Below are positions 17,285 through 30,611 of a DNA stretch of 64,000 nt, in pieces (position 1 is the stretch's first letter; each line of letters begins with the position of its first letter). Both the position numbers and the translations under genes were made by a program. Source of the DNA: the human T2T-CHM13v2.0 reference genome, Homo sapiens; assembly GCF_009914755.1 (NCBI RefSeq), contig NC_060930.1; one strand, written 5' to 3'. The notes beneath the pieces were generated by a model. That model did not search any database. It saw nothing but the letters and a program-made list of their open reading frames with translations, and had not been told where the DNA came from.

Positions 17285-18149
17285 TTATTTTGGGACACTG
17301 GGACAATATTTCTCCATTTTTCCCAATCCTCAGCACTTATCATGAATTTACAAAAAAATGATAGTTGGCATTTACATTTCTTTTCCTTTTTCCATATTCC
17401 TTACTCTGTGATCTGTATTTTCATGTTCATAATTAACCAAGAATTTATGCCTACCACGTCTAATACATTCTGAAAGGTGCTATGGAAAATGCATAATTAA
17501 GCCATCAAAAATTACCATTGAGTATGAGGTTAAGACATAGACACAAAAATCTCCCAATACAAGTAAACAAAAAGGAATGCTACATAGTACTAAAGACAAT
17601 AAAGATACCTCACATTTAAAAGGAAGATGAGAGCTTCAATACCTGAATTGAATTAGAACTGCATGTGAGAAGTACAAGTACATTTGCATTTCCTGGTACA
17701 TAATAGGTATGCAATAAATTTCAGGAGATTTATTCTCCTTGCTTTATTCAGCTGGAAGTTTCATGAATATGGTGAGAACTAAGCTTTAAATGATGCATAA
17801 CATTCGAAAAGAAAAAAAAAAGAATGGATAAACATTGAGACAGGATATTGGTGGGACACAAGGCATAGAGGTAGGGTGGCATATTTCAAAAGATTTAATA
17901 AATTGACCTTTTCAGTTGGAATACAGGTGTTGGTAATGGAGGAATGGAATACGTGGGCAGGGGACCAGTGAGCTTTGGTGTTTGAACTTGGAACTAGTTA
18001 ACTGTGTATCCACACTATCAACTGAGTGTCTATCAAAAGCATACTATATCTAGAATGAGTGTTTGGACTTTATCAGGGCCTCCAGTCCTCTTTCATTTGT
18101 TCTTTTCTCAACCGCTCCTTCCTATCTTCACTTCCATAATTATGCTGCT

Positions 18150-19492
18150 TAGATTCATGGTTGCACCTTCTTACTCCTCTTTTACCAATACTCTAAATTC
18201 CTCTTTCCCATTATCTTTACATAGCATATACATGGCAAAACCCCAACCCTAGATAAACCTGTTTGCTTTTTCCATGTAACTTAATCAGGTTTGGTTCAGT
18301 GTTGCATGATGCAGGAGAGAAATAAAATTTGGGCAATTTGGTATCATAAATCTGTGATTAGTAGTCTCAGCTGGGCTCTCCAACCTAGTTGTAATTCTTA
18401 CCGTGATTACCTAGCATGCTCCCATTTTCCACAATTGCTGTAAATTCTCTCCCCTCCCCTCAAGTCTCTGACAACTACACTATACCTTGCACTTTAATCC
18501 GATAACCCTTCTTTCTACTCCACTAACAAATGGAAGTCATAATAAGGGAACTTGTCAGCTTCTGAGTACCAAATCTACTTTCTTTTTCAACTCTCCTTTT
18601 CTCTTCTCATAAGGAAAAAATAATAATATCTATCATTTTTATCTAAAGCCAATCCCTCAATGTGTACTATAAATTCCTGTCCCAATGTTCTCAGGGACAC
18701 AGATCTCTAATTAATCCCTCCCTCTATATATTCAACTTTCTCTCTTTCTTATTTCTTCTGATCAGTAATTAAACAAGCTCAAATCTAATGGTGAGGAACT
18801 GGAGGGGACCTCCTTTTTTTCCAAATCCCTTCTGTCTCATGCCCTATAGCACTTCTACTCTTCATAATTGAACTTCTTGAAAAACTTGACTGTACCTACT
18901 TTGTTGCCTCACTTCCCAGTCATCCTCCTGAATCTATCATAGTCTAGAGGTTTCTCTGTCATGATTCTACCAGAATTTCTTGCAGGAAGACCACCAAAGT
19001 CTATAAAAGACTAAATGCATTGGGTAATTTTAGTCATTTTCTCAGTGGCTTTTTCTTCAGCATTTGACACTGCAGGTCACTCTTTAAAATACTCTTTTTG
19101 TGGTTTCTCTTGCTCCCCAGTCTGCGGGTTTACTACTCACCTTTCTGATTGTTCCTGTGAAGTCTCCTTTACAAGTTTCCCTTCCTATCCTTCTCCCTTA
19201 GAGAGTAAGTATTAGCATTTCTTGCTTTACATACTTTCTCTGGATTATTTTCTTCATTCCTAGGATTCCAAAATCCCCCAAATCTTTAATCTCAAACTCT
19301 TCTATGGACTTCAGATCCATATCTCTAAGCACCCCAAACTCAATATAGACCCCAAACAGAAGTCACCCCCTCTTCTTCCCCATGGGTTCACTCTGGAGTT
19401 TATCTCAATACAGGGCATCACACCCAGCCAATTGCTCAAGTCTGAATCCAAGAGTCACCTCTCTCTCTTCCTCTCTCTCTCTTTCTCACGCG

Positions 19493-19525
<33 letters not shown>

Positions 19526-19590
19526 CATATATTTACCACAAAGTCCTACTGAGTCAAATGCTAATTACTGCAACCTTACTATCACCCAGC
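18150..19590 (+). mobile_element. L2 LINE internal (ORF2) relic
   Basis: Pyrimidine-rich L2-like tract; ORF 19015-19215 contains SSAFDTAGHSL, matching the L2/CR1-clade RT motif LSAAFDTVDH. Confidence 0.75.
19458..19525. repeat. (CT)n-(CA)n compound microsatellite
   Basis: Seen directly. Confidence 0.9.
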
Positions 19591-20400
19591 TCATTTTATT
19601 TTGTCAACTGTCTCAGTGAGTGAAACTGTTCAAAGTTGTGTAATCTTTGTAAGTCATTAGTGTAGCTAAAATGATCGTTTGTGGGGAGTTTAAAGTTCTA
19701 ATGTTTTTAGGAGATTGAAAAAATCTAGGAAAAGATTTTCTGTTTCTTCTTCTCATCTTTTTAATAATAGTGTTGGTAAGATGATATTCTCAATTTTCTC
19801 AGAACAATTTTCCGCAGATACACATCTTCCGTGTTTGATCATGCTGACAAAATTGGGAGGAATGTGTTTTCTTTCTGCAAACATAACATTTCTACAGCCT
19901 CAGAAAATACAGGTTATTGCTGTTTGTCTGGGCACATGAACTACATATCTGTAACAGGCTGAACTGAAACAACTGAATCAATGTTACAAACATCCATTGG
20001 AATCAAGAATAATAACGAGAATGTCACAAGGATCTGAATTTTATTTCTCTGATATCTAGAAATCACAACAGATCACCTGTCTAAGCCAAAGGTCACAAGT
20101 GGTGATAAGCTCCAAAACCAGCTTATCCTCTTCCTCAGTCTCTGTAGAAAGAGGTCAACACATGGACTTTTAGTGTAAAGCTCGCTGTCCTATTTGTTAA
20201 TACACCCTTCAGGGTGTTATCAATGGTTTTCTAAATTCAGGAGAAATAGTAAAGAGAAACAAATTAGCAAAATACCAAGTAGATGCACAACTACACTTCT
20301 AGTGGAAAGCAGAGGAGAAACCCTTGCTAGATAGAAAGTTCTTTCTTCTTTTAGGCCTTTACATCTTCATTACACTCTATGCTTCCACTAGGCAAGCTAA

Positions 20401-20762
<362 letters not shown>

Positions 20763-20817
20763 CAGGTCTCACTTCTTTTTTAAGCTGGAGCAGATTGAGT
20801 ATGGTAATATATTTTCT

Positions 20818-21055
20818 TTCTGTCTGTCTGTCTGCGTCTGTCTGTCTGTCTTTCTTTTCTTCCTTCCTTCTTTTTTTTTTTTTTTTTTGACTAAATTTCA
20901 CTCTTGTTGCCCAGGCCGGAGTGTAATGGCACTGCTCACTGCAACCTTTGCTCACTGCAACCTCCACCTCCTCAGTTCAAGCAATTCTCCTGCCTCAGCT
21001 TCCTGAGTAGCTGAGATTACAGGTGCCTTTCACCATGCCTGGCTAATCTTTTGTA
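20818..21055 (-). mobile_element. 5'-truncated Alu (right arm) with a (CTGT)n-derived tail
   Basis: 19-bp TSD GTATGGTAATATATTTTCT at 20799-20817 and 21058-21076. Confidence 0.92.
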
Positions 21056-21204
21056 AGGTATGGTAATATATTTTCTACTTTCTTATATTATCTTGAGCTG
21101 GTAGGCACATACTTATATAAGAGAGAGATATTCAGTTTTAGAGGAAGCTTTTTAGCAAAAGCCTACCTTTCATGCCCACCACTGTGGGCACAGAAGTCAA
21201 AAAG

Positions 21205-21851
21205 TTAAAAAGAATAAAATTTTTAAAGTAAAGTAGTTACAGTAATTTGGTTTTGGAGAAATACTTCTCTTGGTAAATGTAATGTAGTCTAAGTGTACAG
21301 TGTTTATAAAATCTGTAGTAGTGTGCTACGATGTCCTTGGCTTTTACACTCACTCACTAACTCATCCAGAGCTGCTCCAGTTCTGCAAGCTTCATTCACG
21401 GTAAGTGCCCTATACAAATGTAGCATTTTTTAATCTTTAATTAATGTATTTATATTTTTTTGTTTTTTATTTATAGAGATGTGGTATTGCTATGTTGCCC
21501 GGGCTGGTCTTGAATTCCTGGCCTCAATCGATCCTCTCACCTTGGCCTCCCAAACTGCTGGGATTACAGGTGTGAGTTACCAAGCCCGGCCATTTTTTTT
21601 CTTTATGCCATACATTTACCGTACCTTTTCTATGTTTAGATACACAAACCTTACCATTGTGTAACAATTGTCTGCAGAATTCAGTCCAGTAACATGCTGT
21701 GTGGGTTCATAGTGTAGAAGCAATAGGCTGTGCCATATATACTACGTGTGTAGTAGACTGTACTATCAAGGTTTGTGTAAGTTCACTCTATGATACTCAC
21801 ATGAAGATTCATTTCTCAGAATGTATCACTGTCAAGCAATGTGTGACTGTA
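21205..21851 (-). mobile_element. Tigger3 (Golem) DNA transposon end fragment, interrupted by a FLAM
   Basis: AAGTGTACAGTGTTTATAAA, GGTAAGTGCCCTATACA, TTTCTATGTTTAGATACACAAA; terminus CATTTCTCAGAATGTATC...TGACTG followed by TA. Confidence 0.88.
21445..21591 (-). mobile_element. FLAM_C monomer inside Tigger3
   Basis: Single left-arm monomer with T-rich tail. Confidence 0.88.
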
Positions 21852-23574
21852 ACAATCCAGGCAAAAAGTGCCAAGTTCAGTCTTGAAGAGCACATAATTT
21901 CCACCTGAAATTTTAAATAGCCTCAGGTTTACTTAGAACTTGGTGTTCATACAAATACCACAAGTTCCAGGCTCAATGAAAGGTAAGTAAGTCTTGAGAA
22001 AGCTCTGATCAGTTCAAGCATGAGCTTAGAAAAGTAATTAAATGGACACCCAGACAAAGACTTTGGAGAGAGAAAGCTTCAAATCACTATCCAAATTGAA
22101 GATGATTGCCAAAAAAAAAAGAACATTTCCTCCCTTTGTCCCTCTCCCGCTCCCAGTTCCTTCCTTATAACGGCTATAAATATTAGTATAATCTGTTGGA
22201 ATTTCCAGAAGAAGCCCTCCTCCCAATTGTGCACTTTCTTTATTAATCAGAATGAAACTACATATTATGAAATGTATATTAGAGACAGTCCAAGAAATCA
22301 TCAAAACTTCTCCACTTTGTGCTTCACTTTTTGTGGCGGAGGTGTGGCAGGGACAGGGAGGGGAAGATAAAGTCTGTGGGGTTAAGGGAAGGTGACTCTG
22401 GGTGAGGGGCAGATATGATTCACTTTTAGAATGTGTGACTGTATACAATCCAGGCAAAAAGTGCCAAGTTTAGTCTTGTCACTTTTAGAAGTGACAATTT
22501 AGAAACAGATGATTTTGAGCTAAACCCAAGTCAGGTACCATCCTTAATTCAGCAGTTATTTCCAATGAGACCTCAATGCTTTCTTTAAAACTATCAGCTG
22601 AGCACTTGTGTAAATTTATACTGCTGTTGCTTTCCAAACTTTTCAACCAAGTTTCTGCAGTCTTGAGAGAAGAACTGCATTGCTCTATCAACTAGACTTT
22701 GGTAGACTTTAGCTTGCCTAGTGGAAGCATAGAATGTAATGAAGATGTAAAGGTCTAAAAGAAGAAAAGAAGTTCAAGTGGAGGCTAAGAACTTCTGTGT
22801 ACAACAGGAGAAAGGTTATCAGAGATTTGCATAGAGAAAAATTTCTTGATAAGAAAGTGCTTAGGAGCAATCCTAGTCGATTAGAATCTGTTTTCCTAAG
22901 ATTAGAAGTTGACATTTTGATTGCAGTGTAATTACAATTATCTGTAACACTTTGCAAGTTGAATACAGGAAAACACTAAACACAAAACTTCTCTAGTTGG
23001 GAGAGAGAAGGGAGGGACGGCACCACAGAAAATCAGACCAGAGAAAGTAGAGTCTATACAACCCCCTTAATTTACAAATGAGGAAGTGAGTCTGAGACCA
23101 TTTAAATTATACAGCAGTGCTCTCAGCAAATTGGTATCTGAGGAATTAGACTCATCACTAATGAAAGGGATTTCCACCCAAGGTGATGGGAGGTTTAGCA
23201 GAGATATTTTGGGAAAGGCAGAAATTCCAATGTCCTTCAAAACACAGTGTGTTTATACATGTAGTGAAGTTGTTTTCAGGGTATGTAGAGTATGCAAACA
23301 TATCTCAACATTCAAAATCCATATAACTATCCCTAAATGCCATTATGAACATAACGGGGAAACAGGTAGTATTCTGATATGTAGCATTCCTTAGGTTTGC
23401 TAAGATTGTATGCGTTGTGTAGACAAGCTGCCTTGGCAAAATAAGACAATTGTTCAAAAATATATATATATACTATCTATACAGTTCAAGAGAAAGTTGG
23501 CCCATATTATCCAAATATAGTAATTAAGTCCATTGGCCACTTGATTGCTATAGTCTTTAAAAATCCCTGGAACT

Positions 23575-23875
23575 AGCCACGCACAGTGCCTCACACCTGC
23601 AATCCCAGCATTTTGGGAGGCCAAGGTAGGAAGATCTCTTAAGGCCATGAGTTCGAGACCAGCTCATGCAACATAGCCAGACCCTATCTCTACAAAAACA
23701 ATTTTATAAAATAAGCTGGGTGTGGTGGTATGTGCCTGCAGTCCCAGTTACTTGGGAAGCTGAAGCAAGAAAATCTCTTGAGCTCAGGAAGCTGAGGCTG
23801 CAGTGAGCCATGATCACACCTCTGCACTCAGCCTGGGCAACAGAGAAAGACCCTGTCTCTTAAAAAAAAAGAAAA
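23575..23875 (+). mobile_element. AluJ SINE
   Basis: Diverged dimer; TSD AAAAATCCCTGGAACT. Confidence 0.94.
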
Positions 23876-23918
23876 ATCCCTGGAACTGTCTGTGCTGCTA
23901 TCTTGGTGATTTCATACG

Positions 23919-23920
<2 letters not shown>

Positions 23921-23963
<43 letters not shown>
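23921..23963. repeat. (AC)21 microsatellite
   Basis: Perfect dinucleotide run. Confidence 0.97.
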
Positions 23964-23967
<4 letters not shown>

Positions 23968-25275
23968 ATTTAGTGCAGCCAAATCCCCCTCTTTGCCTGA
24001 GCAAGGAAAAAGAGAAGAAATGTTGCAGCTGGATTCAAAGCTTAACCCGTGCAGGGAGAATCTCCACTTTCTGTAGGACCTTCTCCCTTGCTGCTTCCCA
24101 GAATGGCTGCTTTCAGTGAACTTTTAGCTGACAAAAGTCAAGATGCCCCTCCCGTAAAGATGGAAGTAAATCCAGAATTTGAAGAGGGACACAAGAGAAA
24201 TGGAGGTAAAAAGCTGTTAAAAGTACTGTATTTAGTGCTGGTAGCTAAAGCAACTTCCTATGTGTGATTATCATACAAGCATGGTAAGTGTGTGTGATTA
24301 TATACAAAACAAGTATGGCTTGTTTTGAGAAATAAGTAAGATACTATTTACTTAGGCTACTGAGTGAAGTTTGTGTGGATCTCTTGGCCTCAGTGCTTCT
24401 TGGTCTTTTGAGTAATAGAACTCTCCATCTTTCTTTCCAAATGAAAAAATACTGCAGCTATGCAATTTATCTTAATTCCCAAAAAAGTTTCTTATTCTAA
24501 GTATCTGGCCAAAATATAGTGAACTAACAACAAAGAAAAAAAAATCCAACTATCTTTCATGATTGAACTCAGTTTGGGATGTATGTTACTGATGAATCTC
24601 ACTGGATCTCTCCAGCTGGGGAATAATATAACTCTTTGATATTTAACTTGAATTGATTTTTAAAAATAATTTCTGACTCCTGTTTTTCAACTCAACCATG
24701 TTTATACACTCCTGTATCAATGTACAAAAATCATACAGTCTTTTTAGAAATGTGATATGCCACCCTCATTCCCAGCCTGTGGGATGGTAAGTATTAGGAC
24801 CTCCAAGAGGGAATCTGCAATTATTATCAGCAATAACTATGGAGTTGAGTATCTCCTCCGCATAATTGCCAGGGTAAATATGTAAGAACCAAAAAGATAG
24901 ACAACTATAAAATGTGTCCTATTCCTCAACATAATTCAGAAAGTAAGTTGTGTGCATAAAAAATATAAGCGCAGAAATGACACAATACAAGGTAACCAAA
25001 CTCAAAGTAATTGTCACAGGCTATAAAGTTACAGGTGTTCATAAAAGCCAGATGTCACCAAAGGCTGAAGAGCTGACTGTTTTCATATTTACCTTGAGTC
25101 AAGGAGGCTGTAAGGTCTCCCAAACTCTTTTAAATGTTTATTCCAGTTTCCACAATATTTAATTTCCATCACTTAAGTAACTCAACAGATTTAGGCCAGG
25201 TGGGGGTAAGAAGGGAGAAGAGCATTTCTGAAGTAGTATAAATATAACAGGTGATTACCCTTTATTTCTGATTGA

Positions 25276-25591
<316 letters not shown>

Positions 25592-26133
25592 ACAAGAATA
25601 TTTTTTAAAGGGCTTATCTTCAGTCTGCCTAGGGCAAGAAAGCTGCTGCCTTGATTTTGGACTTTTTCTCCCACCACAGTTTTCCCCACATCCTGTGGAT
25701 GGGTTCTCTCTAGGAACTTGTGAAAGTCATGCCAGCTGGGACCCCACTAGGGGCCAGCAGACAGATATGTCTTACAGCAGGTCCCAAGCATGGCCAGACT
25801 CTGAAGAGTAAAGGAAAGCTCCCTCAAAAGGAACTTAAGCATAGGAAAACATCCAAAACCAACGGACTCACAATAGGGCACTCAGAAACATTTCCCAGAC
25901 TGTTGTCACTCATGTCACATGTACATAAAAGTATATGTTTAGATAAAAATTAAAGTAAATATATTTCTACCACCTAGTGTTTACAAATATCTGGATGACT
26001 GAAATTTTCAGTTTTCACTCAAATGTTGGTTTGAAGTTTATAGTATCTACTCAACTAGTCAGTAAATTTGACACTTTTGGGGTCTGGCTTCAATTTGACA
26101 GTATGAAGTATTTATTAGAAATGGTATACAGTT

Positions 26134-26412
<279 letters not shown>

Positions 26413-26428
<16 letters not shown>

Positions 26429-26532
26429 GAAGAAAGAAAGAAAGAAGAGAGAGAGAGAGAAAGAAGGAAGGAAGGAAGGGAGGAAGGAAGGGAGGGAGGG
26501 AGGGAGGGAGGGAGGGAGGGAGGAGAAAGAAA

Positions 26533-26563
<31 letters not shown>

Positions 26564-26715
26564 AAAGAAAGAAAGAAAGAAAGAAAGAAAGGAAGGAAGG
26601 AAGGAAAGAAAGGAAAGAAAGAAAGGAAAGAAAGAAAGAAAGAAAGAAAAAGAAAGAAAGGAAGGAAGGAAGGAAGGAAGGAAGGAAGAAAGAAAGAAAG
26701 GAAAGAAAGAAAGAA
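26413..26715. repeat. About 300-nt pure purine compound microsatellite, (GAAA)n/(GGAA)n/(GGGA)n
   Basis: No pyrimidine seen on the + strand. Confidence 0.97.
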
Positions 26716-27627
26716 TACAGTTGCCACATAATCAAATTGAAGATTAAGACATCATTTTTCAAAAAAATATAATGTATACATAACACTGATACTGAAGCAC
26801 TATGATTTAGTAGTGGGAAGAGCCACTGATTGAGATTAAAGAGTAAAATGGAGATTTAAAAAATGATTGCCTCCCCTGAAAGATTGCTGGGTGGATCAAT
26901 CTAAACTATCTGATTTAAACTGCAAATAACCAAAGAAATTTAAGTTCTGAACATAAGGATTATTGAATGTCAATCCAACCCCCACCTTCTGTGTCATTCA
27001 ACCTCATTTGCTTGTTTGCCACTTGTAGAATGTAAAAAATAGTACTATACCTGCTCTGACTACCTTACAAAATTATTCTGGGGATCAATTATTCTGGGGC
27101 TCATAAAAGTGCTTCAAAATATCTTAAAAGCACTTTGCCAATGCTAGAGTTAAAAAATAAATATTATAACATAATTAGCCATCTAGCTTTAACATTTAAA
27201 AAGGAATATAACATCATTGAAAATTATAGCTTAATTATAACAATATCTTTCTTTATGTCAAAGAATTAAACAGTAGGGTTATTGAGTTTTCTATTTTGTA
27301 TTCATAAAATCTTCATATATCCACAAAAACTAAGAAGGTAAATGCATTCCCACATTCATGATTGCTACTTGTTTTATAATACAGTCACGCTCATATGCTA
27401 TTTCCTTTCTAATTTCCTCATCTCCTTAGACTCCTGAAAATAAAACGACTTTGATGTATGAAACTGTATTTTAAGAAAGTAAAAGTAACAGGCATTTTCC
27501 TTAAAAGATACCAATCAAAATCTTAAATGATTTCCATGTACGATGTTATTAGTCATCTTAATTTTACATCTTAATAGAGAAAAATGTACTTATTTCCTTC
27601 CTTCCCTGTTGTTAAAATTGCTGTTTC

Positions 27628-28240
<613 letters not shown>

Positions 28241-28378
28241 TCACTCTCATTCTCAATCATTTCAACTCAAGGCAGGTAAACTTTTCTTGAATGAATGAAG
28301 GTCATCAATCTTGAATAGAGGTAATTGGACTTCTTCCTTAATCTGCTCAATTGAGTATCTCACAGAGTTCAAGCACTT

Positions 28379-28494
28379 CCCAAATATACCCAATATTTAT
28401 ATATTGGGTATATACCAATATATATATACCCAATAGTCACTTTATACCCAATAGTCACTTTATGATGACCCAAATATACCCAATAGTCACTTTA
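28379..28494. repeat. Patchwork local direct and inverted repeat
   Basis: TATACCCAATAGTCACTTTA three times plus an inverted ATATTGGGTATAT. Confidence 0.9.
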
Positions 28495-29899
28495 CCATGA
28501 CAGCTGACCTGTTCTTGCTAAACACAATCTAGCCAGTGGAAGTAAGATTCCACTGGAGTGTGCCCCATGTGCCTCCTTCTTTTTCTACTGAGATTCTTGC
28601 TCCAGAACCCTATGAATACTCTGCTACCACTGAGAAAATAGAGAAGTTCTCTATTTTCATCCTATAGTCTTTTGAGATGTTTGACACTGAGACAGAACTA
28701 ATACAGAAAGCATGATCTCAGCAGTTAAGTTAAATACTCTTTTTTCCCCTACACTTTCTCTTTGCCAGTTCTTATGGGTAAAGTAAACTAAAGAAAAGTG
28801 AAAATATATAGAGGTATATATATATATGTTGAATGAATACAAATCATTCTACCATGAGGTAAGACAAACAGTGGGCATATAGGGAAACCCCATCCAAAGT
28901 GAACACAGGGCCCCTGAAAGGTGAGGGGCTCATTTCATTATTTTCATATTTGTCTTTCATATGACAAATAAGGTAAAAGTGGCCTCCAACTGGTGGAGCA
29001 AATATCAGTTGTAGAAGACAGTCCCCCATTGTTTTGTACAAAGGACAGTTTCTATTTACCCTGGTCACAGTTGTCATAAACATTTCAGAGCTGTGTACCT
29101 CACTGTTTACTTAGGCATTAATAAGCTTTATTTTACCAAAATTTTCAACAGCATGAAAGTGTAGTTCTTTCACCCCTCAATCCACTTGGGACTAATTTGA
29201 GCAATGCAGGGCTTAGTAGCAGGAAGCATGTAAAAATTTCATCCCAATTTTTGGCAGCTTCAGAAGCTGGTGTGTTTACTTTCGGATATCTAACAATTCT
29301 GGAACTTCATAAATGAAGAAGCTAACTGCAAGACTTTGACATATTTTTGAAAAGGAAAGAAGTCAAAAGTTTCCTCTTCCCTGCTTCCTCTGGATTAGGC
29401 CAGAAAGTCTTTATATCAAATTGTCAGTCTTTGCCTTTGCTAGGTTTGCCCAGGACGTAAAAGACCCACCTGTTCACAAAGCTAGGAGCCCCTGAAAATA
29501 GGTGCACAGGCCAGGAGCCCTCACATCTTTGGCCTGCAGCCCTTCCCTAGCTCCTAAAGTAAACATGCAGGGGGCTGGGGTTGCAAATTCCCAGGAGGCA
29601 AGACCACTGGTGAGAGTTTCCAGAAGCAGCCAGGGGTCTCTACCACTTCCCTGCTCTGCTGTTGTCTTCCAGCCTCGGAAAAAGTGGAAAAGGCTCTGCT
29701 TACCAGACAAACTACACTGACAAATAACAACTGCTCATCATGTACTCCAGCCCCAACTGCAGGATAGCAGCTGCTCCCTTAAAGACCAGAACACCAAGAA
29801 ACTCAACACGGTCCAGGCTACCAGCATATTCTGTTCTAGAAAGTTGTTTGTGTTTGTGTTTGTGTCTGTCATATTGGTGTACAATAATACTCAGAATGA

Positions 29900-30050
29900 C
29901 CAGCTAATATTTATTAAGCCCTTTCTGTATGTCAGGCACCCATCAAAGCAGTTGATGTATTATAAATCATTTAATCTTCATAACAACTCTATTGAATTAA
30001 GAACACTTTTTATCCCCATTTAGCAGAAGAGAAAACTGAAACCCACAGTG
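29900..30050 (-). mobile_element. MIR SINE relic
   Basis: TCATTTAATCTTCATAACAAC...TTATCCCCATTTAGCAGAAGAGAAAACTGA. Confidence 0.75.
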
Positions 30051-30301
30051 TCTAGAAAGTGCTCTGGTGAGAAATATTTGCTAATTGAATTCGTAAAAGT
30101 AAGAAAGCACTACTCCATATAAATAATGTCATAAATAGGGGGAGAACTTCCAAGATAAACCCACAAACCTATTTAACCCATTCTTATCTTTTTTAGTTAT
30201 TATTTTAACACTACCTCATTTAAGCCTAATAGTCATTATAACATTGTTTTTAGAGAGAAATCTGTTCCCAACTGTAGCTTCTGGCTTGAGCAGCTATTTT
30301 C

Positions 30302-30611
30302 TTTTTTTTCTCTCTTTTTTTTTTTTTCTGAGATGGAGTCTTGCTCTGTCCCCCAGGCAGGAGTGCAGTGGCGCGATCTCGGCTCACTGTAGCTTCTGCC
30401 TCCCAGGCTGAAGCGATTCTCCTGCCTCAGCCTCCTGAGTAGCTGGGACTACAAGCATGCACCACCAGGCCTGGCTGATTTTTATATTTTCAGTAGAGAG
30501 AGGGTTTCGCCATGTTGGCCAGACTGGTCTCAAACTCCTGGCCTCAAGTGATCCACCTGCCTTGGCCTCCCAAAGTGCCAGGATTACAGGTGTGAGCCAC
30601 CATGCCTGGCC
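30302..30611 (-). mobile_element. AluS SINE
   Basis: Reverse dimer; TSD AGCAGCTA. Confidence 0.95.

Noticed and set aside
22485-22691. Protein-like 68-aa minus-strand ORF
   Set aside because: Non-ATG start, no recognisable homology, and no poly(A) or TSD indicating a processed pseudogene
28379-28494. Repeats superficially like a CRISPR array
   Set aside because: Eukaryotic context, no unique spacers of regular length and no cas genes; explained as a local templated duplication
28984-29000. CTCF-like CCACCAGTTGGAGG on the minus strand
   Set aside because: Mismatches at core positions; cannot be supported from sequence alone
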